Part shown: positions 52,520-64,000 of the stretch, piece after piece
How the letters are laid out: each line of letters opens with the position of its first letter
Numbering within the stretch: position 1 is the stretch's first letter
Origin: Octopus sinensis
Taxonomy: Eukaryota
Direction: 5' to 3'
Length of the DNA: 64,000 nt
Assembly (NCBI RefSeq): GCF_006345805.1
Contig: NC_042998.1
Span: 173,290,001 to 173,354,000 of the forward strand
Position numbers and translations under genes: made by a program
Notes under the pieces: generated by a model
What the model saw: the letters and a program-made list of their open reading frames with translations, nothing else
Told to the model about the DNA's origin: nothing
The model's database searches: none

Positions 52520-53450
52520 GAGGATGAGCAGCGACTCCATTTATCTTTTTACGCGTCGCATCGGTCTTGAGAGTTAAATGCCCTCAGGCCATCTTACGTT
52601 GACAGGTTGAAATTTCCCATGAGAAGTACACTAATGTGTTTTTCTAATTTGGTTAAGACTTGTATTTTTTTTTTTGCGAGGCCGTCTTCAAATCTACCCG
52701 TGTGATTTATAGTATCTGGTGGGCAATAAATAGTACATATAACTATATCGAGTTCTCTTTTATGTACAATCAGTGCATTACACATTGGTTTTGAGTATGG
52801 CAAAAGGATCTGGGGCGTGAAGTCTTCACGGATGTACTTTCCAACTCCACCGTGACTCTTGCATTTTCTGTCGGTTCGCGATATAACATACTTTGATATG
52901 TACTTTTCTTCATCTGCGATAGCGAGTTTTAGATGCATTTCGGTGAATGTTTCATTGCAACACATAAGATCTCTCAGGAAGGAATTTACTGGTTTTGTTA
53001 CTGAGTTGTAACAGTCACCTAACATTTAGGGGTAATATCGATGTGGTCACCATTGGCATCAGCAGTGATGTCAATAGTGGCCACCCTGAAGTTGTTGGCT
53101 GTGGTGGACTTGTATGCTTAAGAGAGATGGTGAAATTGGTGTAGTCAGATTAGTTGCTGCACAATCTTTAGCGCATTAGTAGTTGTAGGGCCAGTAGTAC
53201 TGGTGCTTCATTTCCTGGCAGGTGTGTCACTCATGGTCTGGTCTTTGTTCCCTTCGGGGTCTCTAGAGCCAAGGGAACATCTCTTACCTCAGTATTTGCA
53301 TTCTTGTCATCTTCTTTGTGCTTGTTTTCAAAGAAGGCATCAAGGATGTTAATATGAGGTTTGATGAGAGAAAGAAGCGGATGAGTTCTTGTTTCTTCGC
53401 TCACATTGGACTGTAGTTTTTCTGCAGTCGTTGTCTTTAGTGCTGCTGTT
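52520..53450 (-). mobile_element. CR1-type LINE fragment (APE endonuclease, possibly the end of ORF1)
   Basis: ORF 52594..53025 contains ISRTDRKCKSHGGVGKYIRE, ICTIYCPPD and LMGNFNL (RxDR, GGV, YRPP and GDFN motifs). Confidence 0.8.
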
Positions 53451-53940
53451 ATTATATCATTTGAGCTCCCTCGTCCCGATATTACACACACACAAACACT
53501 CATACATACACGTACGCATGCACACACACACACACACACACACACACCACACACACACACACACACACATACACACTATTTCTTTATTGAATCACACTAT
53601 TTCTTTATTACAGACACACACACAGACGCATATATGTATGTATGTATATATGTATGTATCTATTTCTCTCGCGTTGATTCGTTAGTTACTGCACGCATTT
53701 TTTCTCTCCTTTTTTTCTCTCCTTTTTTTCTCTCCTTTTTTTCTCTCCTTTTTTTCTCTCCTTCTTTCTGTGTTTTTTTTCTCTCTGTGTATCTTTCTGT
53801 TGAAGAGCGTAGGCTCGAAACGTTAAAGATTTGTTTTATTTATATTTCCTGAGCGCCATACTAATACAATTGTTTGTTTGTTTTCACCTGCCTTCGTCTT
53901 TTTCTATTTTCATAAAGTTTCCCGTTATATATATATTATA

Positions 53941-54026
<86 letters not shown>

Positions 54027-54068
54027 TATATATATACACACACAGAACACACACACACACACATATAT

Positions 54069-54108
<40 letters not shown>

Positions 54109-54207
54109 TTGTATATAGAAATTGCCACATTTTTGTCCTTCAAAGACTATATATGCAAATCTCGCCTCACATACGCGCGCATGTACACACACTCACATAT
54201 GCAAATA

Positions 54208-54556
54208 CATAAGACTGTACATCATCTTTAAAGAACTTTAATGAACTTTAGAAATCTGTTTAATTATCTACATTACTTCATGAGTATACCCAAACACTTA
54301 GGATGTCTGGAGAACTTACATGTATTTTAGCTGATGAGTACGGACTCGTTTATATGCTGTAATCTTTCAACTTTTAATAAAACCTGTCCTTGTATGAAAC
54401 GATCGTACTAAATACCTATCCATTCTTGTTGCTTCTTTCTCGCTTAATCACCCCACATTACTGTATTGTTAAATCAGTATAGTTTTTTTTGGTGCATCTA
54501 AGTTAGGTACCATATTCAAGTAAATTTTTTTAAATTAACTTGAACTTTATTGCTCT
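54208..54556 (+). mobile_element. 5'-truncated, diverged copy of HHR repeat family B
   Basis: Reverse complement of about 22067-22418; ends TTTATTGCTCTT then (TA)n. Confidence 0.88.
54322..54415 (+). ncRNA. Type I hammerhead ribozyme, family B, copy 3
   Basis: GTATTTTAG-CTGATGA-GTAC..GTAT-GAA-ACGATCGT-A|CTAAATAC; palindromic stem III; predicted cleavage after 54407. Confidence 0.78.
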
Positions 54557-56442
54557 TTATATATATATACATATATATATGCATACATATATGCATGCAT
54601 ACATAATACATACATACATACACACATACATACATATGTACATATATGACTCTAGTAAAGGATACCTAAGTTACCTCACAGGCACACATATGCACACGCA
54701 CACACACCCACGCGCGCGCATTTATGCATACACAAATAGAGTCACTTACTCAGTCAAGACGAGTTTAAGAGGTGAAATTTATCAGCAAGCTGTGAGGACA
54801 TGAATTAAACAAACAACAGGAAATTAAAGATTTTAGCCGCGTTAGTTTGCATATTTCACGAGACAATATACTTGAATTTTTATTAAATTTAGGATGAAAT
54901 ATAAATGCAGCTTTATTATTCTACCGAGACAAGTGGATGGATAAGAAAATATATTCTAATGTTTAATTTCAGAAATCCATATTTTCAAAAACGTAATTGA
55001 CAGAATAATAAACTTCACTTTTATAAAATAAAATGTTCTCGAAATTTTAAAACTGTTTTTCAAGAATAATAAAGCCTTATTAAAATTATGACATATTCTC
55101 GAATTTATGAGAAACAAATCAGTTTTCAATATATGGTAATTGAAAATAATTTGTTGTGTAGAGAAAAACAATATATGTACGCGATTTATTTTCTAGCCAG
55201 TAAATTAATACAAGGCTTTTTAGTTTCTATTCAGATGCTTTCAGAAATATGTGCCATTAGACACTGGCTTTCATCAATTTCCATGCTGTTGATAGTATGT
55301 TTAACACCCTACCTAACCCTAGATTTGACACCAGTACTTCATGCCTATCGGTATAATCGTTTGTATTGTCAAATTAATCATCATCAATGTAAAGTAGAGG
55401 CCTCATTATTAGAAATAACGGCTGAAGAGTCGACACACCAGTTAAACTGTTCTCCGTAAAAGCCTTTTAAAACATTAAGATTAATAATACAATCTAATAC
55501 AAGGTAACACTGCAAATGGAAGAAAAATAAATCGCCAGGACAATTGATAATATGCAAACAAAAGAAAAAAGATAACAATTGTTGTAATATAGGAAATTGC
55601 CACATTTTTGTCCTTCAAAGACTATATATGCAAATCTCGCCTCACATACGCGCGCATGTACACACACTCACATATGCAAATACATATCCATGAACGCACG
55701 CACACACACATACACAGACGCACACTAAATTTACACGTCTCCAGAAACTGCGACCGAAACAATCAAATGAGCTAATTGATTTTATTTATAAATACTTCAG
55801 TAAACAAACAAACATACGTACAAGGAAAAGCAATAAAAAAGACAAATCGATAATTTCTAATCTCCCAGTAATGCACCTTTTATACCAGCCTTAATCAATA
55901 TATTGTATGTAAATAAACCAAATAGTAATACTTTAGGTAAAAAAAACAGCGTCAGAAAGCAAAATATATATATATATTGGGATTTTATAACCTGTTCAAG
56001 GCTAAAACAATGCATGGTGATAATGTTTACTGATGGTTTCTCCATCGGCGTCGACGATGAGCATTCGACTGTTCGAGCAATGGAACTGACTACACGTTAC
56101 ATTACGCTATAAGTTCCTTAGTATTCTACCAACGCAACCAAATTCGTTTAACGTAAATCTCAGATGGAATCAGTGTGATTCAGTATGTGATGCGGCTGGA
56201 CTTTTAAATTGCAGGTACAAGCCATCTGACGGGCTGCCACAGAGTTTCCACTTGCACAATTGTATTCACAGGGCTTGTGTCATCTCAAGGACTTAGTAAA
56301 AAGCACCTGTTTAATAATTCATGCTGGAGAATAGAAGTCAATTGTGAAGGAAACACTTTAATTGCTCTTGTTTAATTCTATCCACATGTTTAATAAAGCC
56401 CGGTGGTCAAGCTACAATCATGCAGCAAATACATATAAACAT

Positions 56443-56560
56443 GTACGTATGTATGCTTGTATGTATGTATGTATGTATGTATGTATGTATGTATGTATGT
56501 ATGTATGTACGTATGTATGTATGTATGTATGTATGTATGTATGTATGTATGTATGTATGT
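56443..56560. repeat. (TATG)n microsatellite
   Basis: Direct run. Confidence 0.95.
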
Positions 56561-56565
56561 GTGTT

Positions 56566-57290
56566 ATTATTCAGTCTTATTTCTGGATTTCCTGTCAATA
56601 TAATCGGTTTCTAGCCTAGATTCAAGGTTCATTCATTTGAATTTTAAACAACTTCAGCAAGGTATTTTTCCATACTTATGTGTATATATTTGGATTCAAT
56701 GCAAGTGTAAATTTGTAGGCTTTGTTTTTGCATGTTTTCTCTGGATAGTTATGTATCTAGACATGCAATTATATATAATTAAATGCTAATCTTTTGGAAA
56801 GTTTTACACATTTTGACGGCTCCATTTGACGGCTTGTATGTGTAATCAACAATCGCCCAATTAGCTTTCTCCTTCCTGATTTCGAGGAACCTTATTTCTC
56901 AAGATTGGTATTTTGACAGTTTGTACAGCCTAGTGTTCCAATAATTACAGGTATAAATCTGATATTGTAACCCGGATAGAGTAGCTGTAAATTTCTCAAT
57001 AGTGCAGCGTATTTTCGTTTTATGATATTTAGCTTTAAGTGACATGTTCTAAGTAACTGATTTCCACTACTGCACATGGTTGTTCTTCTCTGTCACAAAC
57101 CTCTAGGTCTGGTATGTTACATTTGTATTTTATTGAGGTTGTTACTGCGACATTCCACCAGTAATTCTTTTCATATTATGAGTGACTATGGCCTCTACAA
57201 TACTGTAGATTCTCATCTCTTTAAACTCAAGACCATCATTCAGACCGGTGTCTTTGGTAAAACATCTTGTCTCATAGGTAGATAATAATG
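56566..57290 (-). mobile_element. REL-endonuclease non-LTR retrotransposon 3' end (copy 1) with 3' UTR
   Basis: PDLEVCDREEQPCAVVEISY and KYAALLRNLQLLYPGYNIRFIPVIIGTLG (PD..E motif; VPIIIGxLG terminus). Confidence 0.7.
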
Positions 57291-57463
57291 GAATGTATAT
57301 ATATAAACGTATGTGTATTTTTTCAATGTGTACGAATAACACAGAAAAATAAATAAATAGTTACCAGGGTAGCAAAAATTCACATAAGAACCAAGGATGT
57401 AACATCCTACTTATAAAGGTAAAAATTCCAGGGTTTAGTGAAACGTTTTTGTATAGATAGATA

Positions 57464-57889
57464 AATAAATTGAGTTAAACGCAGGTGTTATTCATATCTT
57501 TATACTTCAGACATATGTTTCGAAGAAAACATTCGTATTATTTTAGAAGGAATAAAATGATGTAAAACAATGAAATATTCTCATCAGGGGAAACAAGAGA
57601 AACAAAATGCATCAATAAGACAGTAATGAAAGTAATCGAAGAAAAGATTGATATTATTCCAGAAACAATACAGTCTTCTCATCAAGGAAAACAAGAGAAA
57701 CAAAATGCATCAATAAGGCAGTAATCACATTCGGTTAAAATATCTTTAAAAAAAATTTTTTTTCTCCTGGTGAGAAGATTGCATTGTTTTACATCATTTT
57801 ATTCCTTCTGAAATATTACCAATGTTTTCTTCAAAACATATGTCGGAAGTATAAAGATTTGATTAATATCTGCGTTTAACTCCATTTAT
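57464..57889. mobile_element. Inverted repeat (about 130-bp arms) with an HHR motif in each arm and an internal 50-bp direct repeat (HHR family C)
   Basis: Arms 57464-57592 and 57762-57889; TTCTCATCARGGRAAACAAGAGAAACAAAATGCATCAATAAGRCAGTAAT occurs at 57578 and 57676. Confidence 0.85.
57505..57592 (-). ncRNA. Type I hammerhead motif, family C (core intact, stem I weak)
   Basis: CTGATGA-GAA..TTC-GAA-ACATATGT-C; palindromic stem III; GUC triplet. The right-arm copy (57762-57849, +) has core mutations (CTGGTGA, AAAA). Confidence 0.6.
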
Positions 57890-57979
57890 ATAAATATATA
57901 TTCTTTTATTCTTTTACGCTTCAGTCATTTGTCTGTAGCCATGCTGGAGCATCGCCTTTAGTCGAGCAAATCGATGTTT

Positions 57980-59170
57980 GTAAAAATGTTGTTGAGTTGT
58001 TTGAATATAATGCACACAGCCAAATGTGTGCATCATTTCATAAAAAGGATCCTACAAAGAGGATTTTTGCAATATGCTGCACAAAAACTGAATTTGGAGA
58101 ATGTGCATCAGTTTCTTTTGCGCTTTCTTCGAAAAACCCTAACACTTCTATTTTATGTGTAAATTTGTAGGTGCATAACCAAATACACTCATGATGTTAG
58201 GTACAAAAGAAACTTTATAGTCAGGCTACAAGAGCTGTAAGTTATGCACCGATTTACTATGTTCTCTGTTTCCAGAACTTCTGATGGTACATTAAAATCC
58301 GCTGGCCTGAAGAACTCCACAATAGTGCATGACTCTCGTTCCCTGCCCCACAGAACAATATCACGTTCTTCGTTTTCACCTTCAGTTTTTATTGGAATAT
58401 CACACCAGTATTCCTTCTTCTTAAAGGTGTGAATACATTCAAATTCAGGTGTGTACCTGGGATGTAACCTATGTTGGTTGTTGATGTAAATTTATTCCTG
58501 TAAATAAGACTCGATATCAGAAGGGATTACATCTAAGCAAGAAAATCTTATCTTAACGAATTCATTCAAAAGCTTTCAAGTATTAGAAAGGTTTCCCTAA
58601 GTAAACGTAGGCGGTTCCAGGTTACGTATCAGCAGACTTCTAAGAAGTGCAGAATATTCCACGTTTACACCAAACTGTTCAATAAGCTGCTTTTCGTTAA
58701 AACTTAGTTATAGTGTTGTTCTTCTCTGTTGAAGATATTTTCTGTTTGAGCATAGATTAGAGATCTTTCAAGTAATACCAGCAATACAATTACCGATTAT
58801 AAGTGGAAATTGTTGGAAATGCAATGAGTATTCACAGTTCCCTCACTTTCTATTTGAACAGTTGTTGTATTTTCAAGTGTACAGCAGTAATGGATAGATT
58901 ATTTGGTGATATATTCAGTTAAGCCAAACATTTTGAGGTTCCTTTTCAAGAACTAAATCTCTAAATCCCTTCAACACCTGTATGTTCATTTTACTGAAAT
59001 TGTCAAGACGTCGCGTACTAGCGCAATCTGTTAGGGAAGTGCCTTCTCATGAGTATGCCCAGTATAAATACCCCAAGAGGGGAATTTCTACAATGTAAGC
59101 ATAACTGGCTTAGTTCTTATCACTGATCTAGCGCCGTTGTCACTTAACTATGTGTATTGCCTGCCAAAAC
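57980..59170 (-). mobile_element. REL-endonuclease non-LTR retrotransposon (copy 2), degenerate
   Basis: KEYWCDIPIKT..DIVLWGRERESCTIVEFFRPADFNV and HNLQLL*PDYKVSFVP remnants; same family as 56566-57290. Confidence 0.65.
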
Positions 59171-59189
59171 CCTGGGTTTTGGGGAGAGA

Positions 59190-59570
59190 ATATCTCATGA
59201 ATGGATAATAGAAATCCACGATATCAAAACGGATATAACCTCATGCTGATTTATTCTCTAGATTGCAGAACCATTTGTTAACAGTAGCCATTCTGATATC
59301 AAAAAGATGATGTTTAGGTTGTGATTATTGATGTCAGGAGCTAATCAGGCTACTTTTATGGCCGGAAAGGAAATGAGACAAGTTGTCTTTGGGGTGACAA
59401 TTCAGTAGAAAACGGTTCTTTCAATTGTCTTCTATTGAATGGCTTTGCTTCAATATATATTTCCATGGAGTATTGGTTTTCTAGCTTCTAGTATTAGTGA
59501 TTCTGTCAAATATAAGTTACTTATCTATAGTGGTACTTGTAATAAATTCTTTCTTTGACAAACACTAACT
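59190..59570 (-). mobile_element. Penelope-like RT fragment
   Basis: ATVNKWFCNLENKSA*GYIRFDIVDFY matches the PLE RT motif (V..WF..I.NK....FI.FDIVDFYPSI). Confidence 0.7.
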
Positions 59571-59631
59571 GTCAGAGATTGTTTTAAAAGAGTGTGTATG
59601 TACACATTCATACAAGCATATATATATATAT

Positions 59632-59665
<34 letters not shown>

Positions 59666-59676
59666 ATATATATATA

Positions 59677-59742
<66 letters not shown>

Positions 59743-59781
59743 AGTGTGTCTATGTATGGGTGTATCTATGTATGTGTCTAA

Positions 59782-60153
59782 TCTCTCTATATATAAACGG
59801 CAGTTTGTCTGTGTGTGTTTCTGTGTGTCTGTTAGGTTGTACCCTCACCCTGACCACGGCTTTGAACCGATTCTGATGAAACTTGACACACACATAGCCC
59901 AATGTCATAATTCAAAACTAACACAGCGAAAATCTTGAAAAGTTCCCCCAGTTCTGAAAAAAATCGATAAATTCGACATGGGGTCGAGAATCAGAAACAC
60001 AAACCACAGACTGTCTAGGGGAAGCGAATCGACCTTTTTGACTAAAAAAAAAATTTACCATCATTTTTTTTCCATTTTTTGGCTATAACTCTCTAAAAAT
60101 GCTTTATAGTTATTTCCCTTACAAACCCAAGCAACGCCGGGTGATACTGCTAG
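59782..60153 (+). mobile_element. Non-autonomous Helitron
   Basis: A|TC 5' end, hairpin CCCAAGCAACGCCGGG, CTAG|T 3' end; the last ~75 bp are shared with 45521-45600. Confidence 0.85.
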
Positions 60154-62582
60154 TCTATAATAATTCTGCCTTCCAATGCATATATGATATAAAATGTAAT
60201 TACATACTATTTGTTGGTCTGCCATTTATCAATTATCTTGTGTCAGTGTGTGTACACGTGTACTTACACAAGCACGCGCACACACACACACACACACAGA
60301 AACATACACACACACGCACGCGCACGCACACAGAGAGGTTCACTTACATATACATGTGTACATACGTGTGAATATTTTTCTGCTTTAATGTAACAATTGA
60401 ATCTCGATAAACTCTCCATTATTTCAGAGATAAATCTTAGTTTATTTATTAGCTGCAAACAGTTAAATATTCTAACATACCAAATTCTATCTTTGATTCA
60501 ATATTTATCAAGGGAATATGAATAATTATAAAGTATAGATTAATGACTAAGATTTAAATAGAAATACTCAGAAGATTAATCTAAGACAATAAAAATAGGA
60601 TTTCGACTTTAAATCTATCATCTTCCTTTGCACAGTAATGACAAAGTGAAGACGGTCTTCCGGAAGAAATGTTGCTCGAGATCCGGTATATGTCGAATAC
60701 ATACATACATACACACACGCACGCACACACACACACACATACACACACACACACATAAATATATTATACATATGAATTCGCTACCCCTGTTATTCCCTCA
60801 GCCCCGACTTGCAACTCTTCTATGTATTTCTAACGAACAACTTTTTAACTACTTATATTTTTTAAATACGTTTTCATATTTTTAACTTTTTAAAACAATT
60901 TATATATATTTTCCTAACCGTGTGATCTCCCTACACCTTCCTTCAGCGCATGAGAATATACGGGCGTCCACGCGTGCATGCATACGTTCAAGATACTACA
61001 GGTGCACAGAAAAAAATATGCGCATGCGTGCTAATATCCACTTATACATTCTTATTATTTAATGATAAAGTACCAAACTACCTAGACCTACTATGCTTCC
61101 GTTTCGACCAAAAAACATTATATCCCACCTCTCTTCCCGTCTCCCTTTCCTCTTCTAACAAATTCTCATTTGCTACTATTCCTATATTTCCTCTTTCTCT
61201 CCTCCTCCTCCTGACATCTACCCCTTTATTTTTCTCTGACTCTGTTTAAATGTATTTACAGGATATCACAATATATTTATGCATTTATTTGAAAGCAAAA
61301 ATAGTAATTAACCCCAGACTAAATTCACAACGACATTCCCAAAGCCAGCTTCAATATTACCAAGATTTTCCTCCCTACTCTCCCGCACTCCTTTTCTTTA
61401 TTCTTATTCTTATTCTTTTACTTAACTTTAGACATTTGCCCACTCCCATATATTATTTTTTTATGCATAAGCTTTCCTTTTTCTTCTCTCACTCTGTGAT
61501 TTCCACGTATTTTTGACCAAATTCCCTGAAATTTAACATGGGATCGCTTGACGACAAGGTAGCCTTCATTTTACTAATGTATCTTCGGCTTGATGAGTAG
61601 CGAGCGGAGTATCCCAGTTGAGTAATTACTACTTCCGAAGTTCTGTCAGCTAAGAATCATATGTAGCCTGGATTTTAACTATTCCACTCCCTAAATTTGG
61701 ATTTTAATTAGCATAGACTGCAACCCCAGCTGCTAACCGTGAACTAGAAAATAACCTTTCTCAGCTTATCAAACTTCGATATGGTAAAACTTTCCAACCT
61801 TCTACGTCAATAAACCACTTTTATATATTCTATAGACTGCTCCAAGTTACTAACTTCCTGCACATGGATCCACGGATGTCACCTTTACACACACACACGC
61901 ACGCACATAGACACACACCCTCATATATATGAATTAGGGTACCGAAAAGTAGCGTTAGATATATAATGAGATCAACTCAGCATAAAACATATCGTATTTA
62001 GATCATCTTAAATATATCTATTCCTTCAAAATACTTGTCACAGTCAGCAATAACATTTTCTAACCTCGAAACCTGTTCTCTGATATTCGAGATAAAAAAA
62101 TGGGTATAGGCCGGTTTTTAAGAAGAAAAATGATTAGAATGCTGTTTCTACATTGTCCTTACTTCAAGAACGAATAACATTTATTAACTTTAAATTAAAT
62201 ATATTGAATTTAATTCAGCTGTTTCAATCCATCAGTATGTTTTCAAAGGTCAAATGCATTAAAACATCTGATAAGTAGCAAGCTATAAATGTATGGCAGT
62301 ACAGACCATACTATTGTGTACTGAGTCCTTTTTATAGGTGTATTTCTTTTACATTTATTCGAATTGATATGTGTGTACATGCACATGCATTTGTTTCACG
62401 CGAGTGTGAGTGAGCATATGAATATAGGCACATGTACGTGGGTGTGCGCGCGCGCATGTGTATGTATGTACATGCACGCTTATGCGATTCCTATGAGCAT
62501 TTTTATTTCCTTTTTCACTTTCTCCACTTAGGTTTTTTATCCTTATCTAATGGTCATTTCCATAGCATTTTTTGATTGCTTC

Positions 62583-62643
62583 GATAACTGACGAGATATC
62601 GGAGCAATTTACCGTCCCGATATCCGAAAATTGGAGTCTTATT
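62583..62643 (+). ncRNA. Solo type I hammerhead motif (family D)
   Basis: ATAA-CTGACGA-GATATCGG..CCGATATC C-GAAA ATTGGA GTC|TTAT; 8-bp stem II with one unpaired C, weak stem III. Confidence 0.6.
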
Positions 62644-62711
62644 ATGGCAACCGAGTAATTGTCACATATTATATTACACACACACACACAGACACATATA
62701 TATATATATAC

Positions 62712-62798
<87 letters not shown>

Positions 62799-62853
62799 GC
62801 CTATCTCTCTACTACATCTATCTATCTATCTACCTATATATATATATATATAG

Positions 62854-62883
<30 letters not shown>
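62712..62883. repeat. (TCTA)n/(TA)n microsatellite
   Basis: Direct runs. Confidence 0.95.
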
Positions 62884-62885
<2 letters not shown>

Positions 62886-63070
62886 CTAAGCAATAAGGGT
62901 TTAGCAACGAATTGCCTTACCACATACCGAATTTAGAAATAGCAGTCAAAGGGTTATAGCTATTTCTTCTACTGAAAAGGGAGATCTCAGTAAAAACAGC
63001 AATTGGAAGGTGACACAAACAGGTAAGAGAGAATGAATTAACTGCAATCTATCAAACATTTTTAAAGTTA

Positions 63071-63177
63071 TCTACGGACGTACGTTTCGAAATCAAGTTT
63101 TTAGGAAAGCATAAGAATTAAATATTAAATATTAAATAATTCTATCTTACCGAAACTTCTTTTCTCTTCAGCGTAGA
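63071..63177 (-). ncRNA. Type I hammerhead ribozyme, family E, copy 1 (fully canonical)
   Basis: TCTACG-CTGAAGA-GAAA..AAGTTT...AAACTT..TTTC-GAA-ACGTACGT-C|CGTAGA; 6-bp stem I, palindromic stem III, GUC triplet. Confidence 0.9.
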
Positions 63178-63671
63178 ATACTATAATCATAAATGATTAT
63201 ATATTGAATTTTGAGATACTAGGAGGCACCAACTCAACTCAGTATCAGAGCGAGCTAGAATCCGCAACTAGTATCACCGAATTCAAATTTGTGAATGAAA
63301 CGATTGTGTCAACAGCCCCTTCCCACCCGCGTGTAGCCAAAACAAGATGCTGTGGTCATCTACTGAGATAAAATATGGTTATCCGTAATAATGAAGGGTG
63401 AAATTAATTAATTTGGAATAATTATCAATTACACCAAGTAGTCTTCGGCATGTAAAAGCCTCATTCGAGGAAAATTTAAGTAATACTAAGCAATAAGGGT
63501 TTAGCAACGAATTGCCTTACCACATACCGAATTTAGAAATAGCAGTCAAAGGGTTATAGCTATTTCTTCTACTAAAAAGGGAGATCTCAGTAAAAACAGC
63601 AATTGGAAGGCTGACACAAACAGGTAAGAGAGAATGAATTAACTGCAATCTATCAAACATTTTTAAAGTTA

Positions 63672-63778
63672 TCTACGGACGTACGTTTCGAAATCAAGTT
63701 TTTAGGAAAGCATAAGAATTAAATATTAAATATTAAATAATTCTATCTTACCGAAACTTCTTTTCTCTTCAGCGTAGA
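63672..63778 (-). ncRNA. Type I hammerhead ribozyme, family E, copy 2
   Basis: Same sequence as copy 1, offset by 601 bp. Confidence 0.9.
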
Positions 63779-64000
63779 ATACTATAATCATAAATGATTA
63801 TATATTGAATTTTGAGATACTAGGAGGCACCAACTCAACTCAGTATCAGAGCGAGCTAGAATCCGCAACTAGTATCACCGAATTCAAATTTGTGAATGAA
63901 ACGATTGTGTCAACAGCCCCTTCCCACCCGCGTGTAGCCAAAACAAGATGCTGTGGTCATCTACTGAGATAAAATATGGTTATCCGTAATAATGAAGGGT

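Larger units (their letters stand above)
54118..55686. repeat. 94-bp identical direct repeat (54118-54211 and 55593-55686)
   Basis: GAAATTGCCACATTTTTGTCC...GCAAATACATA is identical at both sites, offset 1475 bp. Confidence 0.95.
62884..64000 (-). mobile_element. Head-to-tail ~600-bp tandem repeat (HHR family E); the second unit is cut by the window edge
   Basis: Units start at 62884 and 63484 and differ by only a few substitutions and 1-nt indels; no long ORF; no spacer at the junction. Confidence 0.93.

Noticed and set aside
55415-55460. CTGAAGA..TAAAC..TC motif
   Set aside because: G12 is absent and stem II does not pair.
63431-63470. Second HHR-like motif in the family E unit (CGAATGA-GGC..GCC-GAAG)
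   Set aside because: Three core positions deviate; only stem II is good.

Overview
AT-rich, repeat-saturated eukaryotic DNA, either intronic or intergenic. The SINE families (tRNA-derived heads, Deu/Nin-like and CORE-like domains) and the very high microsatellite load resemble an octopus (coleoid cephalopod) genome; this assignment is inference from remembered repeat families. No host protein-coding gene can be supported. Most listed ORFs are microsatellite artefacts, and the rest are decayed transposon ORFs: R4/Dong-like and other REL-endonuclease LINEs, CR1/RTE-like LINEs, Penelope-like elements (PLEs), Tc1/mariner, and non-autonomous Helitrons. The main signal not shown by the ORF track is a dense set of type I hammerhead ribozyme (HHR) motifs from several unrelated, ORF-less repeat families. 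These are: a ~600-bp head-to-tail tandem with a perfect HHR per unit (62.9-64 kb); a 622-bp tandem with one HHR per unit (22-23.3 kb; third copy at 54.3 kb); a ~560-590-bp inverted pair in which each arm couples an HHR to an oppositely oriented tRNA-like gene with encoded CCA (41.5-43.6 kb; partial copy at 20 kb); an inverted HHR pair at 57.5-57.9 kb; and several solo or degenerate motifs. Together they look like a PLE-pLTR / retrozyme-like system that could produce self-cleaved or circular RNAs and whose 3' ends abut (TA)n. All folds were done by eye, and boundaries of degenerate elements are approximate.
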